A stretch of 62,270 nucleotides of DNA, the filler included, from Rhabdomonas costata (lineage: Eukaryota): assembly GCA_019059605.1 (NCBI GenBank). It is 15 parts of 15 records of this genome, joined end to end, with 100 filler letters (N's around TTAATTAATTAA, not from the genome) between each part and the next. Parts side by side here need not be neighbours in the genome. Positions count along the whole stretch, not along the records: positions 1 to 4,068 come from JAHMHO010000379.1; positions 4,169 to 8,233 come from JAHMHO010000380.1; positions 8,334 to 12,417 come from JAHMHO010000381.1; 12 more parts are not named here. One strand, given 5' to 3'. The notes under the pieces are model-generated. The model did not search any database and was not told the DNA's origin. It saw only the letters and a list, made by a program, of their open reading frames with translations. The position numbers were made by a program, and so were the translations under genes. Shown here one piece after another: positions 1-11,775 of the stretch (position 1 is the stretch's first letter; each line of letters starts with the position of its first letter).

Positions 1-266
1 GGGGGTTTTTGAAATGGCTATATATTTTTTCGTCTTCGTCAAAATAAATGCGAGCTTCGTTCTAGCCCACACCCTAACCCTCCGCCACACTTTCAAATGA
101 AACCGACGCCACCACAATGCCACTCCACGGCTCCCATCCAAACCATTAAGAACGTGCTAAGGAATAGCCATCTTGTCATCTTGCGGAGCCCAAGGACAAC
201 CTGTTCCCATGAAAGTTGCGTGAGATTCGTCTTCGCATAACACGACGAGCCAGAGCCAGGAAAGCC

Positions 267-3200
267 TCAGCAGCCCTTGGAAAACCCGGCCTGCCCCTCC
301 CCTGTCTCATCCAAGATGCTGCCCGGGGGCGGGCCAAGGCTGTTCTGGTGGCATTGGCCCAGTAACTCCGCCAGCATCTCGCATCCCACCCGCAGCGAGG
401 GGTTGTCCGTCTCATCTGCAGCGTCCTGGACCTTGGCGGTTGGCCGAAGGAGGGGCATCAGCTGCTGCTCCACGGCACCCACAAGCTTCCCAAACTGAAA
501 GGACCAAATCGCAACGCAAGCGAGAAAAGAGAACGGGGGAGAAAGGCAAATTGTTTGGGGGTAAGTTATCCGTTTTCATCCCCTCTCCACACTATGTGAA
601 TTGAGTTGCTTTCCTGCCGTGTCTGCCAGCACTTTGTGATTTGTTTGTTTGAGTTGTTTGGCATATCACTGTGTCTCATTTCCTGTGATTTATTGGTGTA
701 CTTCCTGAACGACTTTCTTCTTTAGATGGCACCCGTATGTAGCTTCTGTGCGTTGTTTTGCTTCATGCTATTGATACAGGGCACAGCACATTGCATAAAG
801 GGCAAAGGGTAAGGGTTCTCTGCTCTACTGACCACTTCGTCCCGGAAGAGCGTCACAATGCCTAAGAAGTCGCTCCTGGTGGGGCCAGTGAGGACAGATT
901 TAATGCAACTCTCTGTATAAACCTAGCCCACTCTCGACTTCAGCCCTGGAAGTCTTCCGCGGGCTAAGCAATGCTCACGGCGATCAACCTGCCCGCGGTA
1001 CTTCTGCAGCATGGCATAGCCCACCTTGGTCAGCAAATGCGCCAAAACCGTCGCCCAAACGTCCCTGCGACGCGCACAGGAGGCAGTGGTCCTTAAAAAC
1101 GTATCACACGTGCGGGGGCCGGGCTGGGGCACGACAACACAATAAAAGAATTACAGGCACGGCGGGGAGCCTCTCTCCACCGCTAAACAGCGCCATGTCA
1201 CCCCGTGGGTGGCGGGTTCCACTCGTTACCCACGAGAGGAAATAGCGCAGTGTGTGACCCAGAAAGACGATGCTTGAATGAAATGTCTCCATACAAAAGT
1301 AAAAATGAAGGAACCCTCCCCCTTACCGGCGGTTTTTCAGAACCTCCGGCTCCATGTTCAGGACACTTGCCAGCCAAAACCATGCCTTGTCCAACCCCAG
1401 AGGATTCGGCGGCAGGTCCGCGACTTTCCCGCACATCTGCAGAACCCAAAGGAGAGAATGACCACGTGACCACTATTAATCAGATTGAAAGAAAAATAAA
1501 CACAAGGGCTTGTCCTGAGACACCCGTGACGATGGGATGTGGCACATGGCTTCGGCGACAAAAGCTGCAGAAGTCACTGCGGCGTGGCCACCATAAAAGC
1601 GAGGTTAACTCGGATGACCATAAGAAGGAAGCCTATCGCTACTTTTCGCCACCGACTGGGCTATCTGCGAACGCTAACCTCCAAGGCAAAAGGCAGATGC
1701 GAGGAAATGAAGTTTCAGACCTCAGGGATAAGATCCCTCCGGAGCGAGCACTGCAGGAACGCCGCGTACTGCCTCGTCATGTGCCCCACTCGGGTGCACC
1801 AGTCGTTGACGTCCTCATTCGCCTTTTGCCCCTGGAGAATGCAGTGAGTACGCTGGACGTTGGGGTGACGCTGGATGACAAAATCGCGTGCCAGGCTTGT
1901 CCAGTATGTCTCATCCAGATGTCTCCTCAGCGGCGGTTGCAAGGATGGATGGACGTCATGGAAGAAGAGGATGGGAACAAGAGCAAGCTGGTCCTGCTCT
2001 CAACTCACCAAGGAGGGGCTGCCCAGAACCCGCTCCTCCGCCCCTCCAGCAGATGCGGGAATAACCACCATTCTTTCTTCATATCGCAAATCCGAGAAAT
2101 GTCTACACTGAAACCAAACCCCGCCCGCCGACCGGCCGCCACACGGGCTCGATTTCTCGTTTGCTCCACAAAGCTGCCCCACCCCGCTCCATTCGAACCA
2201 CAACCATTTTCTAATCTGCCCTACATGACCCATCCTCAGCGGCCCCCCCACCCCAGCGGAGCTCTGGAAAATCCACTGGACACACCTGAGTGCCATCAGC
2301 GGCGATGGGAATGAGGAAGGGGCAGTTCGCACAGAAGGTAAACCGCAGGATCTCGTAGAACGCCGGGAAGGCTACCCCGACGTGCATCCCGACGGTGGCC
2401 AGGCCGTACACCATGTTCGGCCCAACATCTCCGCCTGAAAAAACAATACTGGAGGGGTAGCAAACAGTCAACAGAGTACAGCAACAAGCGCTGGCGCCTC
2501 AGCCGCACCTTACTGGAAACGGCATCCTCGGAGCGCAACCCTGTGTGCCATCTAAGGCAGTGCAGAGAAAATGAAGCGCAGCCTGTGGCAAAAGAGCACT
2601 TTAAAGGTGAGGAGGGTCATCAGCAGGAAGTTCTACATACAGACGAGACAAAAATCCAAAAAAACGCGACATAGAGACAAACAAAACGTAATTCCTGGAA
2701 AGCTGTAAAAATGAGAATCCAGCTGTATGTGACTCTCCGCCACCGCCAAATCAAAATTTTCTCTCAAGAAAATGCAATCAGTCAGTTCTCTCGCGCTCCA
2801 AACCAGCAACCCCCCGAAAACCCCCCTTTCCTTGCGGGATGTCGAGAGTGGGGGCAACCTTGGGCCACAAATTTCCGCGCCAGTGAGCGCAGCCCATGGT
2901 ACTCCAGCAGGGAGGTGTTAAGCCCGCGCAGGATCGTGCAGATGTCGTTCACCACCCGCCGGCACACCGGGATGGTGGGCACAACTCGGGCCAGTGCGGA
3001 GTTTAGCTCCGTACGCACCTTGTCGAGCTGAGCCTTGGTCGACGGAGTCTTCTGGGCCTCCGCGACCTGCAAGTGCAAGAAAGACGGTGGGCATATCAGG
3101 ATTTTCAATTTCTTAATCGATGTTTCAGCAAATCTTTCAAAATTCTTTTTTCTTACAATTTCGCGGCGGTGTCTGCTGCATGCCCACTCCCACAAAAGAA

Positions 3201-4029
3201 CCCCCTCGCTGCCTTCGGCGAAAGCAAAAAACACGATTCGCAGCAAGAGCCCAAAAGGTAGTGCCAGCAAATCCCAGCAAACTGCCGACCTGGGCGTCAA
3301 GCGGCGCGAACTTCGCCTTCAGGCTCTCAAACACCGAGGCCGCATGATTACTTCCAGAGCCACCTGCTGTGGGCGGGGTACTGGGACAATCCAAACGCTG
3401 AGACCAAGTCCTGAACGTAAATGTGCCAGCTGGGGAGGGGGCCTGCCAGGTCAGCCAACCGAATTATTGACAAGAAACATTCCTTCAGATCCAACCAGGC
3501 TTTCTGTGGCAGATATTAGCATAGAATTCAGCAAAGCCATCGGATACAATGGAGGCAAGGTCCCTTTCGGGGGGGGGGGACCTCCCACTTGCGTCATTTT
3601 TTTTAAAGAGGGATGGGGGGCAGGGTCCTAGTATTCCTAGATCTCCACACATCCCTGAATCGGACAAATTGCAAGCTTTATACGAATCTTCCGCGGCTCT
3701 CTGACAAACTGTTCTCAGCGCAGGTCTACCGCAGTGCCCGTTCCGGCTGCCGGTGTCAAGGAGGAGGAGGTGGTGGTGGTGGAGGCCGCAGGCTCTACAG
3801 GACCCGCCTTCTCTGCCAGCTCGGCGAGGGCCTTCTGCCGCTCCTTTTCCTCTGCCTCGTGCCTCTTCTTCTCCGCCGCGCGGAGCGCGCGAGCGAGCTC
3901 CCGGAGCTGCCGAGCCTGGGTTTCCAAGGGGGGTCGCGCAGCCCCCTCTGCGTCCACGACCTGCGCCCGCTGCTCTGCTTCGGAGTTCTCCAGATCGTTC
4001 CTCTGTGCGGCCTGCCGGGCCTGCCACTC
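267..4029 (-). CDS. GLE1: GLE1-like mRNA export factor, multi-exon, 5' partial
   Basis: Minus-strand exons read in order: a coiled-coil exon (4029-3730), then ...LARKFVAQG, ...FYEILRFTFCANCPFLIP, NEDVNDWCTRVGHMTRQYAAFLQ, and WATVLAHLLTKVGYAMLQKYRGQ|FGKLVGAVEQQLMPLL...KGC* (stop at 267-269). These follow the order of GLE1 C-terminal domain motifs (KFVxQ, CPYSVP, RMxGMIRLYAA, LFDFLEVCGxALMKQYxxQFWK). Some internal exon boundaries are uncertain. Confidence 0.72.
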
Positions 4030-4068
4030 CTGAGGGAGGGAGACCAACCCACCCCTATAACACGGAAC

Positions 4069-4168
4069 NNNNNNNNNNNNNNNNNNNNNNNNNNNNNNNN
4101 NNNNNNNNNNNNTTAATTAATTAANNNNNNNNNNNNNNNNNNNNNNNNNNNNNNNNNNNNNNNNNNNN
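4069..4168. other. Artificial contig-joining spacer (44 N + TTAATTAATTAA + 44 N); the same spacer recurs at 8234, 12418, 16569, 20721, 24945, 29097, 33233, 37397, 41562, 45705, 49851, 53991 and 58130
   Basis: Identical 100-bp layout 14 times; TTAATTAATTAA places stop codons in all six frames; the flanking sequences are unrelated. Confidence 0.98.
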
Positions 4169-4233
4169 GGGGGGGTGTGGAAATACAGATTTTATTTTCA
4201 GATAATAAATACTAAAAATAAAATTTTTGTTAT

Positions 4234-6249
4234 TTATTCTAAGGTAAGAACAAGTTCAAAACTATGTGATTTATCTGTAAAATTACATAATGAACTTGTT
4301 TTATTTGATCCTACTCTAAATTGGAAATGTAATTCGTGTAATATTAATAATGTAGTAGGTGTATATACAATTTGTGAAGATGAAATTTTACCTAGTGATA
4401 TATCATAATTTATATTTGTTATAAATAAATAAATATTATTATTCAAATTAAATATGTCTTCAGCAATATAAGATGTATTATTTGTATAATTATTTTGTTT
4501 AAAACCTAACATGTTATGAATTGTATTTTCATTACATATGATGTCAAACGATTTTTCACATGATATAACAACATGATTATCACGTATTGTAATACGTAAT
4601 GTATCGCATAAATCACTAAATGCTTCATTTAATGAAGATAATAATTCATCAATTGTATAACATCCTTCAAAAAGTTCAATAATTTTAGATGGTTCGTCTT
4701 GAATTTTAACAATAAAACAATTACAATTTTCATGTATATTATTATTATCTTTTGGAAATTTAAAATTATGTAATTTTAATGATACTACATTATATTCTTT
4801 TTCAAGATGTAATGTATAACAATTATTGGTTTGATCAGAAGGTTTTGGTGAATCAACAGATATATTAATTATTTTATCATTATTATTATTGACAATATGT
4901 TGTTTATATGTTTTAATTTCTTCTAAAATTGTATATAAATCATTTTTTGCATTATTAAATGTATTAATCGTAGAATCAATATATGCAATTTTTTCATCAT
5001 ACATATTTTTATTCATTTTTGTATTAATATGAATCATAAGATCATTTATAATTTGTTGTATTTGTTTTGATGATAATTTTTTCATTACATCATAATAAGC
5101 TGAATCTTTTTCTTTACATTGTGATTTAATAGGTTCCTCTTGTATTTTATTTTGATAAAAATTTTGTTGTGTATTATTATTTTCTTTTTTATCATTAATA
5201 TGTGATAATAATGTGTCTATGTCATTGTCAGAAATATGTTTATTTGTAATAACATTTGTATCAACCATTTGATTATATATATTATTTAATGTTTGTTCTG
5301 ACATTTCATTTTTTATTTGTTTAGGTTCAATGTCTAGATTATTTATTTTAATATCATTGTTTATAAATGGTGAAACCATTGGATTAAAACGTGCTTTTTG
5401 TTTGTTATTATTTAAATTAAGACTATTACGTTCATCTATCATTTGATTAAATTTGGTATTAATATTCACATTATCATTTTGTTCTATTTTTGTATGTTTA
5501 CTAACATCAGTAAAACATAAATCAAAATCTGTACCAGTGTTTCCTTGATCATTATTTAATGGTGATAAAACACCTGAAATATCATCATTGTTATTTAAAT
5601 CTAAATTTGAACTTTGTTGTGACATCATATTAGGTTCCATTTGCATATTTTTAAAACCAACTGTATAATCTCTTTCAGCTGCTAATTTAAACATTTTTTC
5701 AGTAAGAACGTCTTTATTTTTATTATTTTTTGTTTCATAGCTTTGTTGTGTAATTTTTGAAATATCTTCAACTGATCCAGTAGCAGATATATATTTATTC
5801 TGATTTTTAAAATCCGTTGTTATTTCATTATATCGATTATATCTTGTGTTTGTATCTAGATCTAAATTATCACTATTTTTTTCTAATGAAGGAAAGGCTG
5901 GTCTATTATCAATAGTTAAATCTCGTTGACCGTACATTTCATTTTCACGTGAACGTTTAAGATCATTTATTTGTGATTTTGTATATTTAACGGATTTTTT
6001 TTTATTCATTTTTTCTTTAAATAATTTGATACAAGTAACAAGACATTTTTTATTAAGTAAATCAACATAACTTGTAATTGAAATATTTTTAGGTACATTG
6101 TTATACATTTTAAAAATATCATTCATACGACCTATGATAAATTGTTTACATTTATATTGTGTATCATAATCTCGTTTAATATTCAAATATATATTTAATT
6201 TATCTTGAATCTTATCAATATTTTTATCAGAAAAGAATATTTTTTCCAT
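4234..6249 (-). CDS. Giant-virus protein (~671 aa): long N/Q/K-rich N-terminal region plus a C-terminal minor-capsid/penton-like beta domain
   Basis: Start placed at MEKIFFSDKNI (6249), which avoids overlap with the divergent gene. The C-terminus (INISVDS...FKFP..NNIHENCNCF...IELFEGCYTIDELLSSLN...MLGF...IYLFITNI...LHFQF...NFTDKSHSFELVL) resembles single jelly-roll minor capsid proteins of NCLDV/polinton-like viruses. Confidence 0.65.
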   Translation of the reverse strand: MEKIFFSDKNIDKIQDKLNIYLNIKRDYDTQYKCKQFIIGRMNDIFKMYNNVPKNISITSYVDLLNKKCLVTCIKLFKEKMNKKKSVKYTKSQINDLKRSRENEMYGQRDLTIDNRPAFPSLEKNSDNLDLDTNTRYNRYNEITTDFKNQNKYISATGSVEDISKITQQSYETKNNKNKDVLTEKMFKLAAERDYTVGFKNMQMEPNMMSQQSSNLDLNNNDDISGVLSPLNNDQGNTGTDFDLCFTDVSKHTKIEQNDNVNINTKFNQMIDERNSLNLNNNKQKARFNPMVSPFINNDIKINNLDIEPKQIKNEMSEQTLNNIYNQMVDTNVITNKHISDNDIDTLLSHINDKKENNNTQQNFYQNKIQEEPIKSQCKEKDSAYYDVMKKLSSKQIQQIINDLMIHINTKMNKNMYDEKIAYIDSTINTFNNAKNDLYTILEEIKTYKQHIVNNNNDKIINISVDSPKPSDQTNNCYTLHLEKEYNVVSLKLHNFKFPKDNNNIHENCNCFIVKIQDEPSKIIELFEGCYTIDELLSSLNEAFSDLCDTLRITIRDNHVVISCEKSFDIICNENTIHNMLGFKQNNYTNNTSYIAEDIFNLNNNIYLFITNINYDISLGKISSSQIVYTPTTLLILHELHFQFRVGSNKTSSLCNFTDKSHSFELVLTLE

Positions 6250-6324
6250 GTATATAAATAAATCAATGTATTTTTTTATGTTTATTAAACACATATTTAA
6301 ATAAAAATATAGTTTATAAAATAT

Positions 6325-7248
6325 ATGGACAGTTTCAACAAAATAAATGTTAGTAATCCAATGGATCATTTTAAAAGTAATATCTCAAAATATCCTGATG
6401 GATCAAATCCTTTAATCATGGAAAATATTAATAAAAGTTTTGAGCCAAACAGGCCATTTATAGATCAGTATATGCCTGTTAATATGATGGAAGTATTACA
6501 TAATAATTTACCGAATACATTACAAGGTGAAGGTGTCGTTGAATATAAAGTTAATATTGATAGTAAAGATAGAGACGCATCTGTATATCCGAATTCATTT
6601 AAATTTACAGTTGTATTTGGAGGTGTTCCATCATCTTATTTAAAAGAAGAAGTTTGGATAGATCCAACAAAAAAGGAATTAGGTAAAAAAATGAATAATA
6701 CATTAATAAAAGGAACAGCGAAACCGTTTATAGCTAGATCATTTAAAAATGTAAAATTTATTAAATTTGATAATTTAATATTACCAAAATATACAAGAAT
6801 AATATTTGATACAAGTGACAATACATATAAATTTGACCCATCTTCAAATCTTATGAGATATAAATATATTATTATGAAAATTAAAGAATTATTACCAAGT
6901 TCAGTTATGTATGGATCTAGTCCATTATTAGAAAATGGTATATTAGTATATCCAACTGGAAGTATTGGTGATTATTATTATAGTGCAACACCAATGTGGG
7001 GAAAAACATATAATTTTTCACAATTAGGAAATCTTGAACGTTTTAGTATTGAATTTATGACAGATACAGGCGATCAAATATTTGTAAAAGTATATGATGC
7101 AACAGGTAAAGAAGTACCACAAGATTATGATATAAGTAATAATACAAATTTAAATAATGCATATCATGCATATACACAAATATTTTATTCATTAACAATT
7201 GGTGTAGTAGAGAATTATATAAATACATCTGTGAAATATGAACGATAA
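6325..7248 (+). CDS. Conserved giant-virus protein (307 aa), putative penton/minor capsid-like
   Basis: Clean ORF with motifs YKVNIDSKDRDASVYPNSFKFTV, FKNVKFIKFDNLILP, YIIMKIKEL and LGNLERFSIEF, which recall NCLDV 'IDSxDRD' jelly-roll proteins. Confidence 0.7.
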   Translation: MDSFNKINVSNPMDHFKSNISKYPDGSNPLIMENINKSFEPNRPFIDQYMPVNMMEVLHNNLPNTLQGEGVVEYKVNIDSKDRDASVYPNSFKFTVVFGGVPSSYLKEEVWIDPTKKELGKKMNNTLIKGTAKPFIARSFKNVKFIKFDNLILPKYTRIIFDTSDNTYKFDPSSNLMRYKYIIMKIKELLPSSVMYGSSPLLENGILVYPTGSIGDYYYSATPMWGKTYNFSQLGNLERFSIEFMTDTGDQIFVKVYDATGKEVPQDYDISNNTNLNNAYHAYTQIFYSLTIGVVENYINTSVKYER

Positions 7249-7251
7249 TAA

Positions 7252-7259
7252 AAAATTGA
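7252..7259 (+). promoter_or_regulatory. Mimiviridae-type early promoter AAAATTGA
   Basis: Exact AAAATTGA in the 46-bp intergenic gap, 35 bp upstream of the ATG at 7295. Confidence 0.75.
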
Positions 7260-7294
7260 AATATATATTGTTTAATGTATTAAATAAATAAAAT

Positions 7295-8233
7295 ATGACC
7301 ATTATTAAAATGAATTCTCTTATGACTTTCTGTATGAGTTGCGGATTGAAATCAAACACAAAATATGAACAATGTACAAATTGTTATTCTAAACATAAAA
7401 TCAATCGATCATATGATCCATTTTTTGGTAATCCATTAGGACATTATAAATACAAATATACAAATATGACATTTGAACAAAAATGTCCGATGATTTATTG
7501 TGGTTTGTTGGAACAAAAAATAAATGATAAAAAACTTGATAGTAAAATATATTTTGATAAAAAATATTTTGATAAAAAAGATGATGATGATGATAATCAT
7601 CCTGTTGATAATCATGATAAAAAAGATGATGAACATCATCCTGATGTTGTCCTTGATAAAAAAGATGATGAACATCAGTTTGATATTCTTGATAATCAGG
7701 ATAATGGACATCATACTGATGATGTCTTTGATAATAAAGATGATGAACATCATACTGATGATCATCATCAACAAGATTTTTCTTTAACACAAATAACAAA
7801 TCCATTATCTATTTCAAAGAAATATATACAATCAGTATCATCAAAGAGATCATCTATTTCGTTGGAACGTACACAATCAGTATCGTCAAAGAAATCATCA
7901 AAAGAAGTATCATTTTCTCCATTTTTAGAGAAATCTTCAGATATTGATACATCATCTGAAATAAAAACATCAATGAGTTCATCTTTGAACTCATCAAAAT
8001 CAAAAAAATCAAATAAACCAAAAAAATTAATCAAATCAAAGAAATCAAAAAAATCAAAAAAAGATTCAGATACTAGGACATCTATGTCCTCAAGTACATC
8101 ATCAACAAGTACACCATCGTCAGATACATCATCTATAAGTACAACATCAAAAAGTACATCATCAACAAGTACACCATTGTCAGATACATCATCAAGTACA
8201 CCATCAACAGATGGTAAATTGGAAGTACATTTT
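7295..8233 (+). CDS. Viral hypothetical protein, 3' partial: N-terminal CxxC...CxxC zinc-binding motif, D/H-rich repeats, S/T/K-rich tail
   Basis: ORF open to the contig end; CMSC...CTNC; repeated DKKDDEHH units; 60-bp-period S/T repeat at about 8092-8193. Confidence 0.7.
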
Positions 8234-8816
8234 NNNNNNNNNNNNNNNNNNNNNNNNNNNNNNNNNNNNNNNNNNNNTTAATTAATTAANNNNNNNNNNN
8301 NNNNNNNNNNNNNNNNNNNNNNNNNNNNNNNNNCCAAGTCTTTTTTCGGGCGCTTGTCCGGGGTCTCCGTTTGTTTTTGCCAATCACAAAATAGGTTGGT
8401 GAAGTGAAAATGAGTAAGCCCTAGCAAATAAAGCGCATCTCAGAGAACAGAAGAACCAATCTCTGCGGATTTGGTGACCCACACACCACATAGGCCCTGG
8501 ATAGTGATCAGCATCCATTGTAGTACACTGTCCAGCGCTATCTGGCAAGAATCCACAGCTGCAACGACCACCGGCCCCGCCCCCCGCTTCCCCCGGCGAC
8601 CGTGGGCCGCACCAGTGACTGGCCTCCGCGGCAATATCCTGGGAACCTTTCATTGCTCTTCTTGGGCAAATTCACTGCGTACGCTGTGCTTCCTCTCGCT
8701 CTCTAACTTCTTCTACTGGAATCCATTAACGGATAAAGGAACAAAGTGTCCGGAAATAACAGGGATACGTGTGATACAGTGGGAATAACAGAAGATGCTG
8801 TGTTTCCCCACGCAGA

Positions 8817-11775
8817 CCTTCTGCAGCTGGTTGCAACCTGGTGGGACATTGATATGGAGTGGAAACTCGAGAGCATCCGCCACTCTAAAAATAAGACGTT
8901 TCTTCACTGTGGTTGGAAAGTTAGCACAATCCAGGATCCAGGCTGGAGAGTCGCACTATTGAAAGGAGACGGAACCAACTTCGCGGCGAAGCGTTTTATT
9001 TAGTGTTAAACCTTTAAGCGTCCTATTTCATCCTCTTAAATTTGTTGTTGTTGGAACGGGATTCAAAAGCCGCCAAGAGCGCACTTGTAAATTAGCCCCC
9101 TCCCCCGCATTTGCGTTGCACTTGTCATCAAGCTCGGGAAAAAGGCATCCGGAAATGCATTTTTTTTATGGTGAGCGCAGTTGCCTTTTAGTATGCCTCA
9201 TATTCCTTGGCATATGTTGGCATTGAGTTGTCAACTGCTCAGAGCATTCTGAATGCACTTGGGTGGCTGGATTGGGTTGGTTGGGTTTGGGTCAGGCCCC
9301 GAAGAGGGCCGGCGTCAGTCTTGGCTAGCATAGGTCTGGTCGCGCAGCCCCCCATTTTAAACACGTACAACAACTGAGAAAACAACTCGGCTTCGTAGTT
9401 TTTGATACAACTACGCCGCCGCCACCGGGCCTTAGGGTTTCCGGTTAGATCTGCACTGATATTCCTTCAACAGTCTCACGAACCAGTGTACCAGAGATGC
9501 TGTGGTGCACGATTGCTGCCTTTGATCTCTTTGCGAAAAAAAAAGGCTTCTTGAAGATCGCCGGTCGCCGTTTTACGGCGAGCAACTTGAAGCCGAGCAT
9601 GAACCCGATGATCAAGATCAAGTGCTTCGGGCCTGGGGAGATGTTTCAGCGTGAGTGGTTCGGTGAGCTTCACGCGGTATGCTTGAAAGCTTTACGTTCA
9701 GGTGTACCGCACTGTGGTTCTATGGTTCTATGCTTGTTGCTCCAACTCGGCTGTGGTGCTACCTAGACCCTGGGAATTGAGGTCTGTTTCGCTGGAAGTT
9801 GGAGAATTTTTTCGTGTTGCAGTTGGCCTCTTTTTGGCTTGTTAAGGCGTTTCCACCTAACACCTAACCCGCCACCAATGATTGGGAGAATTCGATAGCA
9901 GCAAGCCGGTGATAGTTTGAGAACTTTTCGGCTTATCCCTCATAACTTTCTTTCATATAGGCCAACTAGACCACCGTGACATTGAGCGTTTGTTTTCCGT
10001 CATGAGGGGTTGCGTTTCCTTCACATTGGAGTTGGAAGGAGTCCCTGCCCANNNNNNNNNNNNNNNNNNNNNNNNNNNNNNNNNNNNNNNNNNNNNNNNN
10101 NNNNNNNNNNNNNNNNNNNNNNNNNNNNNGAACTTTTCGGCTTATCCCTCATAACTTTCTTTCATATAGGCCAACCAGACCACCGTGACATTGAGCGTTT
10201 GTTTTCCGTCATGAGGGGTTGCGTTTCCTTCACATTGGAGTTGGAAGGAGTCCCTGCCCAAGCACTGTCCCGTTGCGCTTTTTATGTCTCTCTCTCTCCT
10301 TGAGGGGAGGGTGCAGAATCGTTAGCACACGTTTCCCAACGAACATGAACAAACAGCAAACAAAAAAGGGGGGGGGATTCATCGACATTCGTAAACGGCC
10401 GGATAACTGTAAGGCGTCATTGAGTTTTGGAGTGCCAAAACATGTGACTATTGACTGTAATAAAGGATCCACTCCGGATTTTTTCGGGAAGAATCAAAAT
10501 GGTTCACGTAGGCCAATCAAAGAAATTAACCTTCAGAAAATGCTGCATCGACTTCGACGCTGTTTCAATTTTCCACCATTTTTTACTGACCCGAATTGCT
10601 ACAATACTTGCAGTTCTACTTGCAGGCCAGAAAGTATTGAGCAATTCTTCTGACGCATCTTGGCTTGTATCTTGACCAAGTGCTTGCTCGTTCTTTTTTT
10701 CTGTGCTTCTCCTTGAATTTTTTTCGCAGTTCGGTGTGCCAGGCCTCTGCTCCGCCTTCTCTGTGGTTTTCGGGGTCTCGTACGCGCTCCGAGTGTACAC
10801 CCGGCACCCTCAAACTGCGTATGATGTTCTTTTATTGCTGCTGAGCTTTTCAGGTGGCTGGCTTGTTTAGATATCCTTCGGGACAGCATCTCGGTGGGGC
10901 AGAGCGTTAGACATGCTTATATTCCGTGAAATGTACTGGTCACCAAAGCATTCCCCGTCAATGCCAGTAAAACCAAGCTGAGCACAATGCAGATATGGCA
11001 GATTTGACAGATATACAAATGGAATGGCGTGCGGCTGATCATTTCCTGAGCTTTCCACCTAACCAACCGCTTCTTCAGCGTTGTCTGCGCGACGGTTGCT
11101 TCAGTTGTAAAAAGAAACCGCCCCAAAAAAGAGTAGGGGAAGGGACTGCTTTTCTGGTCTTCTCCGCTAAATACCCTGGAACACCAATATGAAGAAGATC
11201 TGCGCAATGCGTTGGCTGTGCCCAACGCTATCGATTTTTTTGTCTTTGCTGTGTTGGATCTAAACTCATATTTTTCTTCCAGCGCTGGCACGATGCTGCC
11301 CTTGGACCTGCAGAAGTTGTTCGGGACAAGGGGCAGTGACTACATGTTCTACAACGATGGGAAGGATGACGATCCCTCCAAGATTCCCGATTACCTGTTC
11401 ATCTATGGCTACGACAGCAAAAAGTTTGCATTTCGAATGCGACAATGCCCTCTACCCTTTCCAGCGTGGAACACGCGTGTAGGGTGGGTGTCTGCTCTTT
11501 GCCCCTGAACTGCCTCAGATACCGACGGACCCTCCAAAACGCCAAACCTATCCGGGAGGTGAGGAATGGGGTTTGCGTGATGTATCGTGAGCATGTAAAC
11601 CCTTTTATTTAGCCCTGGGCAGAACCATGTCAAGCTGCTGGACGTCCTTGATGTGGAGGCCCAGAAGAGGGGCTACGGCCCTGTGAGCCGTAACCGCACC
11701 AACGACGACATTTCCAACGACTTGGGCGGCGCTCAGCTGATCAGCGCTGTTGCACAGAAGCTCTTTGCCAAGTAA
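8817..11775 (+). CDS. Hypothetical multi-exon protein, probably 5' partial
   Basis: Coding-like blocks after AG acceptors: LLQLVATWWDIDMEWKLESIR, PEMLWCTIAAFDLFAKKKGFLKIAG, LPLDLQKLFGTRGSDYMFYNDGKDDD, and NHVKLLDVLDVEAQKRGYG...QKLFAK* (TAA at 11773-11775). No family recognised. Confidence 0.45.
9921..10260. repeat. 131-bp sequence duplicated on both sides of an N gap (scaffolding overlap)
   Basis: 9921-10051 equals 10130-10260 with one mismatch; the gap is 10052-10129. Confidence 0.85.

Larger units (their letters stand above)
4169..8233. other. Giant virus (Nucleocytoviricota, Mimiviridae/Imitervirales-like) genomic fragment
   Basis: Very AT-rich compared with all other contigs, intronless, short intergenic gaps (75 bp and 46 bp), N/K/I-rich proteins, AAAATTGA motif before a gene, and jelly-roll-like proteins with an IDSKDRD motif. 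Confidence 0.8.

Noticed and set aside
1..12. G/T-rich contig ends as telomeres of gene-sized chromosomes
   Set aside because: No fixed repeat unit, polarity is opposite to telomeres (G-rich at 5' ends), and genes are cut mid-way at the ends.
1205..2314. 369-aa plus-strand ORF
   Set aside because: No recognisable domain, and it lies antisense to GLE1 exons and introns; most likely a chance ORF.
4113..4124. Regularly spaced TTAATTAATTAA palindromes as a biological repeat or array
   Set aside because: Always centred in 44+44 Ns; an artificial contig linker.
6250..6369. 40-aa N-terminal extension of the 711-aa viral ORF
   Set aside because: It overlaps the divergent gene starting at 6325; the ATG at 6249 is more plausible.
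7401..8034. Hydrophobic or His-rich antisense and alternate-frame ORFs
   Set aside because: Shadows of the GAT/CAT-rich repeats in the 7295 gene.
9921..10260. Direct repeats flanking a gap as LTRs or insertion ends
   Set aside because: Looks like an unmerged scaffold overlap with one differing base.
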